Source of the DNA: Octopus bimaculoides
Taxonomy: Eukaryota
DNA length: 64,000 nucleotides
Direction of reading: 5' to 3'
Assembly: GCF_001194135.2 (NCBI RefSeq)
Contig: NC_069000.1
Location: forward strand, 44,126,810-44,190,809
Under the pieces are notes generated by a model. That model was not told the DNA's origin. It did no database searches and saw only the letters and a program-made list of their open reading frames with translations. Positions within the stretch are counted from its first letter, which is position 1. Each line of letters begins with the position of its first letter. The position numbers were made by a program, and so were the translations under genes. Below are positions 12,741 to 26,413 of this stretch, piece after piece.

Positions 12741-12790
12741 AGTAATATATCGCTTTTACATGTATAAAAAAAATACGGAAGCAACAGTTA

Positions 12791-13147
12791 TTTACCTTTT
12801 GCTAGTTTCAGTCATTAGACTGCGGCCATACTGGGGCACCACCTTGAAGAATTTTAACCCAGGACTTTATTTTTTTAAAGCCTGGTACTTATTCTATCAG
12901 TCACTTTTGCCACACTGCTAAGTTACAGGGACATAAACACACCAACACCAGCTGCCAAACAGATGTAGTGGGGGACAAACACAGACAGGCTTCTTTCAGT
13001 TTCCATCTACCAATTCCACTTACAAGGCTTTGATCAGCCAAGGGTTATAGTAGAAGACACTTGTTCAAGGTGTCATGCAGTGGGACTGAACCTGGAACCA
13101 TGTGGTTGGGAAGCAAGTTTCTTAACCACACAGCCACTTCTGTGCCT
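12791..13147 (-). mobile_element. SINE family A, full length (tRNA-derived, CORE-like central motif)
   Basis: Head, central GACACTTGTTCAAGGTG motif and 3' tail are all present. Resembles the octopus OR-type tRNA-derived SINEs; the exact family name is not verified. Confidence 0.9.
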
Positions 13148-13944
13148 TGGATATCATTGGATAAAAACCGAATGAGTTAGTGTGTAGGTAAAGAAGTAGG
13201 TGTGTGTGTGTGGGGGGGGTACAAGATAATATTCTGTGTAGATAATGTTTATATATGTAGGTTATTTTTTTAATAAATAAGATATACGAAAAGATATGAA
13301 CAACAAAAAAAAATTTTCTTAAATATTTTTTATGAAAAGTAAAGGATTTGAACTCGCGACTTCTCAATCGGTTCCTTTTCTAAATACACATTTATGCTAC
13401 TAATTCTTTGACTACTGTACTACTACCACTTACAAAAGAACACTATGCGCACACAAACATATATATACATGCATGCATACACACACACAAACACACAAAC
13501 ACATTTATAAAAGGAAATCAATTGAGAAAGAATGAGGGAAAACAGCAATTAGCAAACCACTTGTGAAAGTGGTTTGGTAAGAATAAATTAAAGGAGAGAG
13601 AGAGAGAGAGAGAGAGAATAAATTAGAGAGTGAGGCTGTAATACATAGATGTAAAGATATGAAAAGCAAGTAAACAAAGACAGAGAAAATACTGACGGGT
13701 CGAGGAGATTGCAAAGAAAACTGAAGAGTAAAATACATGGAAGTAGAGTCATTTAAGAAAACAACCGTAAAATATCATCTAGATTATAGTATATAATATG
13801 TGTGTGTGTGAATGACATATAGGGAAATGTTTTTCCTAGTGGAACATTTGAAGACTTTCTGTAGTTGCATGTCGATAAACTATGGAACACTTCTTTCATT
13901 TCCTCAGACTAACATCATCATTATTATTATTATTACCATTATAT

Positions 13945-14147
13945 ATATCTTTTACTTGTTTCAGTAATTTGGCTCTGGCCATGCTGGGGCACCACCTTTA
14001 GTTGAACAAATCAACCCCAGGACGTATGCTTTGTAAACCTAGTACTTATTCCATCGGTCTCTTTTGCTGAACCGTTAAGTTATGGGGACATAAACACACT
14101 GACATCGGTTGTTAAGTGATGTTGGGGGGACAAACACGGACACACAA

Positions 14148-14193
<46 letters not shown>

Positions 14194-14347
14194 GGTTTCT
14201 TTCAGTTTCCACCTACCAAATCCACTCACAAGGCTTTGGTTGACCCAAGACTATAGAAGACACTTGCTCAAGGTACTATGCAGTGGGACTGAACCCGGAA
14301 TCATGTGGGTGGTAAGCAAGCTTCTTACCACACAGCCACACCTGCAC
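13945..14347 (-). mobile_element. SINE family A, full length
   Basis: Same architecture as 12791-13147, with an internal (TA)n(CA)n tract. Confidence 0.9.
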
Positions 14348-15438
14348 ATTTTTTTTTAATTTCTCGCCTATGTTTTTTTTTCTTTCCAATTTCTCTTTGG
14401 TACAGACACAGGACAGACCTTGCAAACACCATGACTGATACCCTATCTGATAGGTGTTTGTATATATTACCATATATGGAGTGGAACTGTATAAAATGCC
14501 TTTCTCCATTCGTTCTGACTTCTCATGCTCTGAGATCAAATATCACCAAAGCCAACTGTTACTTTTAACCTATCAGGGTCAGCAAAAAGGCAATGAATTA
14601 GTGGAACGGTTAGATGAGACATCATGTGGAATCGGTTTTAGCTTTTCTGTGTTCCGACAACAACACCTGTGGTGGCAAAGATTTCCCTTGGAAAGAGACG
14701 AGAGACTAGCGTGTATGGGCAACTGCTAATGTCCTTCAAAATATCTTGCACCAACCAGTGCATACATGGTCAACATTGACCAATGGAGGCCCTATAAAAT
14801 GTGTGTGTGTGTGTGTATATATACTAGTAAAGGTGTCCTTAGTGACACACCACCCTCTTTAGTCCTACAACTCTCATATATATATACGCACACACACAAT
14901 GCATAATATAGACAGGTGCTTTAAGAAGTTTGCATTACAATCACAATGTTCCGAGTCCAGGCAATCTGGGTAAATGTCGTTTTTCTATAGCTTTGAGTCA
15001 GTTCACACCTTATGACTAACTGGGTGACACGAAAACTATAAAAGCTTGTACCAGTAATTTGAAAGGTACAACCTTGTCACACTTGGCCAGAGAATAACAC
15101 TGGAGGTAAACCTGTTTGTGGTATAATCAGCCACTTATGCAAGAGCAGGTAATTCAGTTGATCAAACAACTGAATTTTCATTCTTGAACAATGGAGATCC
15201 ACCACAGCTACCATACATACATTATATATATATATATATATATATATNNNNNNNNNNNNNNNNNNNNNNNNNNNNNNNNNNNNNNNNNNNNNNNNNNNNN
15301 NNNNNNNNNNNNNNNNNNNNNNNNNNNNNNNNNNNNNNNNNNNNNNNNNNNNNNNNNNNNNNNNNNNNNNNNNNNNNNNNNNNNNNNNNNNNNNNNNNNN
15401 NNNNNNNNNNNNNNNNNNNNNNNNNNNNNNNNNNNNNN

Positions 15439-15491
<53 letters not shown>

Positions 15492-15999
15492 TTTAACGTC
15501 CGCTTTCCATATATATATATATAAGCATATGTGGGCATCTGTCTATACACACACAAACAGTAGAAAAGGCGGAATCAAGAGCAAGAAGGAGAGAAGAAAA
15601 GTACTCATTTCTCGTCATGATCATAAACATCTCCCCACCACCAACATCTTTACTTCCAAAGGAAAGTTACAAAAACTAAATAATGTGCAAGAAAGTTGCT
15701 CATCCTTTTATAAAGGAATGGAATAACAATTAGAGTAGGGTGGGGGTTGTCTCATACATAAAATCTATGTAATATACCAACTGATTATTCAAGCAATTAG
15801 CAGACAAAAATCTCTAAAAGTATCAAAATCTAAAAACTGAAACCAAGGGAAATAACTCCAATAAAATCAGATAAATGAAACATTCGTTCAATGTAGACAA
15901 AGCATGTTAGAGAGGATACATATATCCTCTCTACCAACTGACCCTTAAAGGTAACATCCATTCTAATCTGTATCACCCATTATATTCATCATTGTTTTA

Positions 16000-16110
16000 A
16001 CATCTATATTCCTTATGCTTGCATGGATCAGCCAGAATTCATTGAAGCATTGTTTCTTTTTACAGTTGGATGCTCCTGTTGCTGGCAACTCTCATTCGTT
16101 TCCAAGCAAG
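16000..16110 (-). mobile_element. SINE family C fragment
   Basis: CCTTATGCTTGCATGGATCAG...ACAGTTGGATGCTCCTGTTGC. Confidence 0.55.
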
Positions 16111-16204
16111 ATAAAATTTCCTCTTAGTCTAGACAGAAGATTGCAAATAAACATTTAAATGACTAATATTTGTCCATAATTAATATCTGATACATAGATG
16201 TATA

Positions 16205-16551
16205 CATAAAATCATCAGCATTCTTCTAATGTTCACTTTTCCATGCTTCCATGGGCCAGAAGGAGTTTATTGGGGCAGATTTTCTATGGTTGGATGCCCT
16301 TCCTGTCCCCTAACCTCACCTGTTCCCAAGCAAGGTAATATTTCCTCATGGATGGACATGTTTTTCACAGAAGATCGGAAATGAATAACACTGCTTGTAT
16401 GACAGTAACACAAACATACATACTTCAAGCAGACACATACATACACACATTATAAAACAAACACACACACACACACAGTGAGCTTCTTTCACTTTCCAAG
16501 TGGAACTGAACCTAGAACCATGTGGTTGGAAGGTAAACTTCTTAACCACAC

Positions 16552-16555
<4 letters not shown>
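16205..16555 (-). mobile_element. SINE family A head with C-type tail
   Basis: TTTCCATGCTTCCATGGG...GGATGCCCTTCCTG...TTTTTCACAGAAGA...GAACCATGTGGTTGG. Confidence 0.8.
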
Positions 16556-16611
<56 letters not shown>

Positions 16612-16751
16612 NNNNNNNNNNNNNNNNNNNNNNNNNNNNNNNNNNNNNNNNNNNNNNNNNNNNNNNNNNNNNNNNNNNNNNNNNNNNNNNNNNNNNNNNN
16701 NNNNNNNNNNNNNNNNNNNNNNNNNNNNNNNNNNNNNNNNNNNNNNNNNNN

Positions 16752-16801
<50 letters not shown>

Positions 16802-17106
16802 ACGTGTGTGTGTATATGTAAAATTATCTAGCAAGGCAGAGGTAGATATAATCGACACATTTGATGGTCTCAACTGTGAAGAACTAGCACTGATGTTATG
16901 TTCAAATAAGTAGAATATAAATTCATTCCATTTCACATATTTTCCTGTGTTACCCAATCAATCAACACATACACACACACACACAGATAACATACAATAC
17001 ATATGCACACAGACAGACAGTGTGTAAGAGTCAAGTGGTGGAGACAGTGAGTGCAGAAATCTGCTTACTCACCAAGAGAGAATAGCAAAAACAGCAAACA
17101 CTTTAA

Positions 17107-17331
17107 CCCCTTTCCATACCAACCCAGCTGAAACCACCTCTGGGCTCTGTAGTACAAATGTCTTGCTTTCATAAGTTCTGAATTAAAATCTTCCACCAAA
17201 CCTTAGTCACAATTTATGTTCCTAACACTAGCTTAATGATAACAGAGTTATTTTACTAAATTCTTTGTTATATTTAAAATTAATTGAAAAAAAAAACAGA
17301 GCATCTCAACAGAAATATGGCAATGAAAGGG
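17107..17331. mobile_element. piggyBac-type (TTAA) MITE, complete
   Basis: TTAA at 17103-17106 and 17332-17335 flank imperfect TIRs CCCCTTTCCATACC and TGGCAATGAAAGGG. Confidence 0.85.
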
Positions 17332-17368
17332 TTAAGAGACCTGTGAAGATTTATACAACTGTTGCTTG

Positions 17369-17421
<53 letters not shown>

Positions 17422-18079
17422 GCTATGGCAATGGCTAAGAGCAAATAAATGTAATATAGACACAGAGTGAGAAAAGGGACAAAGTGAGAGAGAAGAGAAG
17501 AAAGCAAAGAGATGCAAAGGAGGAAAAGAGAGAGAGAGAGAGAGAGAGAGAGCAATTTACATAGATGCAATTTATGTTAATTATTCTACATCGATTTTAG
17601 AGGCAAGGAAGAAGAAAAATTTTCACACCATATTGGTTGGTGGTTTGTGCCGATAGACTTGTCAAACAACTCCTCGACAATCTACTGTCCATTTTCCATC
17701 TTGATAGTCTTGTTCACTTGTCTATCTAGCTAAAAATCGACTCATGTGTGTGTATATGCATAGCTATATATATCAAACATAAGTACATGCATATAGCATA
17801 CATATATGTATGTGTATATATGTATATATTATAGACATACTCAAACACATATAGATACATGTATATATTATACATATACACAAACATACAGTGGTGTGTG
17901 TGTATATATATATATATATATATTACATACAACACATATCATAGGCACCAGCATATCCATGTGGTTAAATTTACTTAATTAATCACCTGGTTCTGTGTTC
18001 AATCCATCATGGCAGCACCACAAACAAATGTCTTATTTTCTTGTAGCCTCCAGCTACAGAAAGGAATTTGGTTGTTTTT

Positions 18080-18200
18080 TTTAACCCCAGGTCAGCCCTG
18101 ACTGAACAGGCCTAGGATCAAAAACGACATTCCAGCTGTGAACATGGCATATCGTTTTACTATACACATGGTTTCCAACATGTCCTAGTAGGAGATGGTT
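18080..18200 (-). mobile_element. SINE family D fragment
   Basis: TTAACCCCAGGTCAGCCCTGA...GATCAAAAACGACATTCCAGC, the reverse of the 63200-63640 repeat. Confidence 0.6.
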
Positions 18201-19566
18201 ATAGTATGATGTGAGGGAAACTTGACTGCCATTTCCAGGATGCCAGTCGATCACATAAGTTCCCTTGCAGACAGAAACCATGCAGCAACCAGTAGTGTGC
18301 GCACACACACGCACACGTGTGTGTATCTATCTATCTATAAGCAGATGAACTGAAACGAGTATCATGGCAGGCTTGAAAATTGTGAAGAGATTCCTACTTA
18401 AATGATAGCTTTGTTAACCCAATAAATAGAAAGAATAAAAAATATCCACTAAAGCAGTGTTGGGTACTTATTTTCACTGTTCGATATTACCATGTATGTA
18501 CGTGTGCATTTATCTATATCTATATATATATATATAGTCAGTAAATAGTGGGGTTGTGTTAACCACACGTGGAGAAATAATAGGAAAATGAAAAATAATA
18601 ATAGGCAGAATGCTAAACTGGAAGCATATTTGAATAAAGATTTCTAACCGGCTTTCATGGCGAACCAAATTTTCAAGAAGAGGGAGAATGAAAATGTTTT
18701 TTACAAAGAAGTACAAAATGAAGAAAATAATATATAAAAAAAAATAAGATATAAAAAAATAAATATACCAATACATTATATTGTCTTTGAGCTTTTGAAG
18801 TTCAATGGTAATTCATGTATATAATGGTTGGAAAAATAAGGATGCATGAGANNNNNNNNNNNNNNNNNNNNNNNNNNNNNNNNNNNNNNNNNNNNNNNNN
18901 NNNNNNNNNNNNNNNNNNNNNNNNNNNNNNNNNNNNNNNNNNNNNNNNNNNNNNNNNNNNNNNNNNNNNNNNNNNNNNNNNNNNNNNNNNNNNNNNNNNN
19001 NNNNNNNNNNNNNNNNNNNNNNNNNNNNNNNNNNNNNNNNNNNNNNNNNNNNNNNNNNNNNNNNNNNNNNNNNNNNNNNNNNNNNNNNNNNNNNNNNNNN
19101 NNNNNNNNNNNNNNNNNNNNNNNNNNNNNNNNNNNNNNNNNNNNNNNNNNNNNNNNNNNNNNNNNNNNNNNNNNNNNNNNNNNNNNNNNNNNNNNNNNNN
19201 NNNNNNNNNNNNNNNNNNNNNNNNNNNNNNNNNNNNNNNNNNNNNNNNNNNNNNNNNNNNNNNNNNNNNNNNNNNNNNNNNNNNNNNNNNNNNNNNNNNN
19301 NNNNNNNNNNNNNNNNNNNNNNNNNNNNNNNNNNNNNNNNNNNNNNNNNNNNNNNNNNNNNNNNNNNNNNNNNNNNNNNNNNNNNNNNNNNNNNNNNNNN
19401 NNNNNNNNNNNNNNNNNNNNNNNNNNNNNNNNNNNNNNNNNNNNNNNNNNNNNNNNNNNNNNNNNNNNNNNNNNNNNNNNNNNNNNNNNNNNNNNNNNNN
19501 NNNNNNNNNNNNNNNNNNNNNNNNNNNNNNNNNNNNNNNNNNNNNNNNNNNNNNNNNNNNNNNNNN

Positions 19567-19623
<57 letters not shown>

Positions 19624-20164
19624 TAGAGAAAGAGAGAAAGAGAGAAAGAGAGAGAGAGAAAGAGTATCTTGTGTGTACAGTTAGACATTGTCACTGGTGG
19701 GTTCAGAGCTTCAAGTAGATTATCATTATCCGGCTCACTTCCTGGGGTCACTACTGTACTCATTAGAATTATGGGTTATGATGCACAAAGCAAATGTAGG
19801 AAAAAAGTATGATAATATCACGAGATGCAGTTTATTTCATTTGTTCCCTACATCTGTTTCACTCTCATTAACTGCATCTGCAGCAGTGGGTGCCCCAAAT
19901 GCAAGTGAATACTGACCCCAACAACAGTTCTTTAAGGAAACACTTTCTTGCAATATGCTTAGACAGATGAAATGCAGGGATCTTTTTCTCCTTGTATTTT
20001 TACCACAGATCGAAACCAATTTGCTTTTCAGGACGCTTTTACCCTTGTGGAAAAGTTTCAGCATTGGAACCCACATACAGCTGTCAAGACTATATTCATA
20101 GAACATTTTTGCTCCTTCTTCTCTTCCATGTAAGGAGTTAGGTTTTTTTTTTTTTTTAACCTTA

Positions 20165-20530
20165 GTCTTAGCTTTGGGTTTAGTCCCACTACACAACACC
20201 TTGGGCAAGTGTTTTTCAACAGTAGTCCTGGGCCAACCAAACCATGAGAGGGCATTTCGTAGTTGAGAACCAAAATAAGCTTGTCTTTTGTGTTTGTTTA
20301 CATTCATGCTTCTCGGAAAAATCATTCAGTTATGTGCAGTGATGTTGCTGTTATTTTAAAAAATTTTTCTATAGATAAACTGTCCGTTGGTTTAATGTAT
20401 TTGAAATGAGTAGAGATCGATAAAGAAGGTATCCGATTGAAATGAGTAAAGGGGCCCACTTTGATCGACCTTCAATTCAAGGCAGTGCTCCAGCTTGACC
20501 ACAGCACAATTACTACAAAGCGATAAAAGA
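20165..20530 (+). mobile_element. SINE family A, interrupted
   Basis: CACCTTGGGCAAGTGTTTTTC at about 20197; tail piece CAAGGCAGTGCTCCAGC...AAGCGATAAAAGA near 20480-20530. Confidence 0.65.
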
Positions 20531-20619
20531 ACTAAAAAAAAACCAAACAGATAGGTGTGTTTTTGTTTCCTTTAATATGTAAAAATAAGGGGAGAGGTGT
20601 ATTGCAAATAGGCCCTTAA

Positions 20620-20813
20620 CCCTTGATGCCATACTTCTACTGATGAATTCTGCCTTTGTTTTAGCAAAATAACCGTTACTATTAAGCTGGTGTTTGGAAC
20701 AGAAATTAACACGAAATTTTGATATAAACTTTAAATTTGCATCACTTTCAAACAGGAAAGTCTGAGTCCAGAATGAGAAATGGTCACAAGCAGGTCAATA
20801 TCAAAAGAGTTTA
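20620..20813. mobile_element. TTAA MITE, second family, decayed
   Basis: Starts TTAA-CCCTT; internal ATTAAGCTGGTGTTTGGAACAGAAATTAAC shared with 46110-46490; ends ATATCAAAAGAGTTTA. Confidence 0.7.
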
Positions 20814-21059
20814 GAGCCAACGTTTAGTTAGCTCAGGTTTTATAGCTTGAACCTAGATGAGACTAAACTCTGGTTTTAATGTAGAATATTGTGCTCTGTT
20901 CCTGGGGGCAGGAAATGCCACCAGCAGACTTGAAGCAAATGCCTATGTCTTTGAGCAGGTAGGTGACAATATTCTACCCAGTAACCTTATCTCACCTCTA
21001 TTTTGTGTTATGAAAAGGAAAAAAAAAAATTTAAAGAAACACTTAGAAGGAAAAATATG

Positions 21060-21106
<47 letters not shown>

Positions 21107-21412
21107 GAGAGTGATGTTTGTGAGCATGTTGAAGGGGGGAGATCAGACAGGTGTGAGGTAGAGAGGTATGTTAAAGAGAGAGAGAAAATGAGAGATGAGT
21201 GGTGGGGAGAGAGTGAGAGATAAGTAGATAGCTAAATAGATAAAAACACAGTGGAGGAGGGAGGCTTGTGATGAGAGGCATCGAGTTGCTTGAAAGAAGT
21301 GGTAGGACTTGATTAAGAGATTAAGCCAGGTTTATTTGCATAATTAAAACAGCTGCTTCAAGAACATCAATAGGGAGGGGGGGGGAACGATTATTTACAT
21401 ACGCAACATACA

Positions 21413-21446
<34 letters not shown>

Positions 21447-21701
21447 AAATTATTACTGAAGACGAAATTGTCCCCCCCCTCCACTTACTTTTATGGGTGG
21501 TCGAACAGGTGGGTACAGAACCGTGTTTAGTTGTTGGGCAACATGAGGGAGGATGGAACAGGGTATATGTGGGTGTATACACACATGTGAGTATACATAT
21601 ATGTGTATACATGTGCGCATATATATCGTCTATCTTTTACTTATTTCGGTCATCAGAATGCGGCCGTTGTGGAGGACTGCCTGGAGGAATTATATACATA
21701 T

Positions 21702-21742
<41 letters not shown>

Positions 21743-21759
21743 TATATACTGGTTTCAAA

Positions 21760-21890
21760 TTTTGGTACAAGGCCAGCAATTTTGGGGGGAGGGGGGAATT
21801 AATTTCACCAACCATAATGTTCAGCTGGTAGTTCTTTTATTGACCCCCAAAAGGATGAAAAGCGAAGTCAGCCTCAGCAGGATTTGAACC
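21760..21890 (-). mobile_element. SINE family B
   Basis: GGTACAAGGCCAGCAATTTTGGGGG...TTGACCCCAAAAGGATGAAAAGCGAAGTCAGCCTCAGCAGGATTTGAAC. Confidence 0.8.
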
Positions 21891-22030
21891 CGATATCTAC
21901 ACACATATTAAACTGAGGTTAGTATTATAGATCTACTTGAGGCATAACAATGGAACCTTAACTGGTAGCGGGGACTCAATACTGAGAATAGGGTCAAATT
22001 CATTGTAAAGTTCATGTTGACTGGGACTTC

Positions 22031-22077
<47 letters not shown>

Positions 22078-23055
22078 GTGAATGTGAGTGATCCTGTGGT
22101 TAATTTCACTTTGCGACAATAAAGTCCCCAGTTCAATTGCACACTGTGGCCTTTGAACAGGTGTCCTTTACCACTGCCTGAGATCAAACCCAAAACTTGT
22201 GCATGAATTTAGGTAGATGGAAACTGGGGGGAAGCCCACAAAAGGGTGGATTGTGTTTGTTTGTAATTGAAAAGGCTGACTGTCATATACTGTGGAAGAG
22301 ACTTAGTAATTCTTCCTGAAGATTNNNNNNNNNNNNNNNNNNNNNNNNNNNNNNNNNNNNNNNNNNNNNNNNNNNNNNNNNNNNNNNNNNNNNNNNNNNN
22401 NNNNNNNNNNNNNNNNNNNNNNNNNNNNNNNNNNNNNNNNNNNNNNNNNNNNNNNNNNNNNNNNNNNNNNNNNNNNNNNNNNNNNNNNNNNNNNNNNNNN
22501 NNNNNNNNNNNNNNNNNNNNNNNNNNNNNNNNNNNNNNNNNNNNNNNNNNNNNNNNNNNNNNNNNNNNNNNNNNNNNNNNNNNNNNNNNNNNNNNNNNNN
22601 NNNNNNNNNNNNNNNNNNNNNNNNNNNNNNNNNNNNNNNNNNNNNNNNNNNNNNNNNNNNNNNNNNNNNNNNNNNNNNNNNNNNNNNNNNNNNNNNNNNN
22701 NNNNNNNNNNNNNNNNNNNNNNNNNNNNNNNNNNNNNNNNNNNNNNNNNNNNNNNNNNNNNNNNNNNNNNNNNNNNNNNNNNNNNNNNNNNNNNNNNNNN
22801 NNNNNNNNNNNNNNNNNNNNNNNNNNNNNNNNNNNNNNNNNNNNNNNNNNNNNNNNNNNAAAAAAAAAAAAAAAAAAAAAAAATTGAATAGTGTTCAGTC
22901 AACGGTCAAGTGTGGAGAGAGGGGGATAGTTAGAGAAATGAAAAGATGAAGTGGATTTAAAGATAGACAAGGCATAGATGAAGAGATATGACACAAATAT
23001 CACATATACGTGGGAGAGAGGGGTGTGTAGAGAGAGGGGGTAGAGAGGGAAGGAG

Positions 23056-23086
<31 letters not shown>

Positions 23087-23198
23087 GGAGTTAGATGATT
23101 CAGATGATGATCTAAGTGGGTTTATTTCAGAAATGTTTGTGTGAGGGAAGGTTACAATACATCAGATGTTTGCCTCTTATCATACACACAAATACATG

Positions 23199-23236
<38 letters not shown>

Positions 23237-25149
23237 CATATATGCGTGTTATTGTGTGTGCATGTGTGTGTTTATACATGCACTAAAGTATTTATGCGTA
23301 TGTGCTTGTGAGTGAAAAAAAATCTGTCATATGTACTAATCAACTTAAAAGCTAATTAAACATTTCCTCAAACGCGCACACACTTCACCACCACCACCAC
23401 CACCACCGCCACCACCACACTCCTCCATCCCCATACACACATAACCACTTGTGATGAAGTCCTGTCAAACGATGCATGATGGCTTTGTGAATAACTAACC
23501 CAGTGCTTCCCAACCATTTTCACGACCAAGGAACCCCATCAGAATTAATTTTCCCATGAACCCCCAACCGTCTACTCAATAAACTCATTTTATTAAACCA
23601 ACAACAAACTCATTTTCCCACTTTCATATATTATATATACATATATATATATACACACACATACAATATATATATTTATACATACACACACATACGATAT
23701 ATATATATATACATACACACATATAGACACACACAATTATATATATATACACACATACATACAGATATAATGTATATATAAATATATGCATACGTTAACA
23801 TGTGTGTTTGTGTACGTGTGTGTGTGTGTGTGTGTATAATATATATATATATATATATATATACGCACACACATCTATAATTATATGTAATTAAGTAATT
23901 ATTCATTTTACACCAACACACTATATCCTTTCATAATTTCAAACATAGCACACAAACCTTCTCCACCCCCACTCCAGTTCTCTTCCCGCACACCCCCACC
24001 CACCCAGCACCAATTTGAAAACCACTGAACCAAGTTTTTATAGCAAACCATAAATTATGGTTGGATGAAGAACAGTGCAAGAATGTTGCTGCTTCAGGGA
24101 TGGAACTAAGGAAGAATGCCAACAACTTACAGGAATTGAATTGCATATTTATGCTGTTACAAATCAGTGGTGATTCAGAGAAAGACTAGAAAACTAAGCA
24201 AAGCATGCACACCACCACATCACACAAAATATGCCACGTGGAGCTAATAAGGAAGTGTCTATGCAGTTTATTAAAAAAACAGCCCAAAATTTTAATTCAT
24301 CTTAAATTGTAAGTTTCTATTTTACACAAGGGAAGAAGATACATTTTATAACGTAGTGAAGGGGCACTATGGCTGAAACAGATGGAAGGGTCGAGGGTGG
24401 AATGCTTCTGATTGTAGGTGTGTTTGAGGTTCAACAATATCAAAATGCTTCAGACCAAGTACTCCATACGTACACAACTCATCTACTGCTGACAACATTG
24501 CCCTCAATAACCCCTATGTTCCCAATGGATCATAATTCACCCACAACAAAACCCACCTATTTTAACTGATTTTATGGCAAACGTGACTTTGTGAAATTTG
24601 AACTTAAAACATGCAAGGTTACAAACTAAATAACTCTTTCTGCTACTTCACCATCACCACCAACAACAGCTATTAATTTAGGTGCATGGCCTACAACTTT
24701 TTAGGGAGAAGACCCTAACCGATTAAATCGATCTCATTACCAGCCATTAGTTTGTGCCAGTTGCTGTCAAGACCTCAGGTGGTCTCAGTCCCCACATTGC
24801 AGATTCCCTCCAGAAAATAAAGATAACTGAAGCCTGTCCAAGAACCAAGCCCCATGAGGTGGGGTGGCTGCTACAGTGAGTGGCACTGGCCATTCTCTGC
24901 AGCAATAACTTTGCAATTATTTCTGCGAGGCACGGCTAAACGTGCCATTTATTCTGGAGTGTACAACCCATTACTTCCGCCCACCCATCATCTGCTACTT
25001 AATCCCTACTTTCTGTTTTTACTTCGTTTCCTTGATGAGATAGTTATGGATTCCCCACTCTCAATAATTTAATTCATTATACTTTGAATGCATTTTATTT
25101 TTATTTTATTTTCTTCTTGTAAAAATTTGTCATTAATAAAATGTAATTT

Positions 25150-25290
25150 CATTACTTGACAGGTACTTCATTTTATTGGCCCCAGCGAGATGAAAGGTGA
25201 AACTGACCTTGGTAGGACTTCAGCTCAGAACGGAAAGTGCTGAATGGAAAAGTCACTAGGCACATACTGACGATTCTGCCAGCTTGTTAT
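25150..25290 (-). mobile_element. SINE family B
   Basis: GATGAAAGGTGAAACTGACCTTGGTAGGACTTCAGCTCAGAAC...GATTCTGCCAGCT. Confidence 0.75.
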
Positions 25291-25504
25291 CTTCTTAATG
25301 AGAATATTTTCCATTGGACACAGTCACAAATTTAAAAGCAGCAATTAATGATGACGGCAGCAATTATCGCAAAGATGAAAGCAGCTATTAGTAGTGTGAC
25401 GAGAACTATTGAGCTGACAATGACAAGGAACAAGAGTAATGGTGCGGATGGCAAAGGAGGGTTGATGAAACGATGACAGTTAACATGGGTTACAATGGTA
25501 AATC

Positions 25505-25870
25505 CTTTATCTTTTACTTGTTTCAGTCATCAAATGGCAGCCATCCTGGGGCATCAGGTTGAAGAATTTTGAGTCAAACAAGTCAACCACAGAACTTATG
25601 TTTTTTTAAGCCTGGAACTTATTCTATTGGTCTTCTTTTGCCAAACCACTAAGTTATGGGGATGTAAACACACCAACACCGGTTGTCAAGCAGTGGTGGA
25701 GGACAAACACAGAAATACATATGTGCAAGAGGGACTTCTTTCAGTTTCCATTTACCAAATTCATTTGAAAGGCTTTAAATGGCCCGAGGCTATATTAGAA
25801 GACACTTGCCCAAGGTACCATGCAGTGGGACTGAACCTAGAACCATGTGGTTGGTGGGAAGCAAAATTCT
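25505..25870 (-). mobile_element. SINE family A, full length
   Basis: All family A modules are present, including GAAGACACTTGCCCAAGGT. Confidence 0.9.
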
Positions 25871-26413
25871 AACAAACAAAAAAAAAAGGGGGGGTGACAT
25901 TGACAAAGAAATGTCTGATGATGAAAAGAATGAAGATAACGACTATGGAAAATATAATTAATGATGAAACAGCACTTAACTACAGTAATGAGAAAATATG
26001 ATGGAATAAATTATAACGAGGTGAATATGATAGAAGAATTATTAGGAATTTTAATTTTTAGTATTTTATATTATCATCATCATCGTTTAACGTCTGCTTT
26101 CCATGCTGGCATGGGATGGACAGTTTGACTGAGGACTGCCGGGAACGACGTTGTCGCTCATGCTTTCTGCACTCGTCGGTTTCATCTTTTTCTTTTCTTT
26201 CTGATAAAAGGCAAAGACAGTACCCAAGACCCTTCTCCAAGGGATCTGACACAAATGGGAGAAAGAAGGAGGGATGGAGAGAAGGCACCCTGAAACGTTA
26301 TAGGGACCAGGTCTGAAAGTTTACAACAGAGTAGCCCCCCACTAAAAGCACCTGACGAGGGACCGAATGGAGCTGTTAAAACAGGGTGGCAGGTTAAGGC
26401 CATCACTTAAAAC

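Noticed and set aside
18813-19763. ORFs of 100-350 aa rich in X (also near 15.2, 16.5, 22.3, 27.6, 35, 36.7, 53.4, 57.3 and 58.8 kb)
   Set aside because: They read through N-gaps and are assembly artefacts.
26340-26380. CTGACGAGGGACCGAA as a hammerhead core
   Set aside because: GAAU instead of GAAA, and no stem I or III partners; likewise CTGATGAGC near 59590 lacks GAAA.
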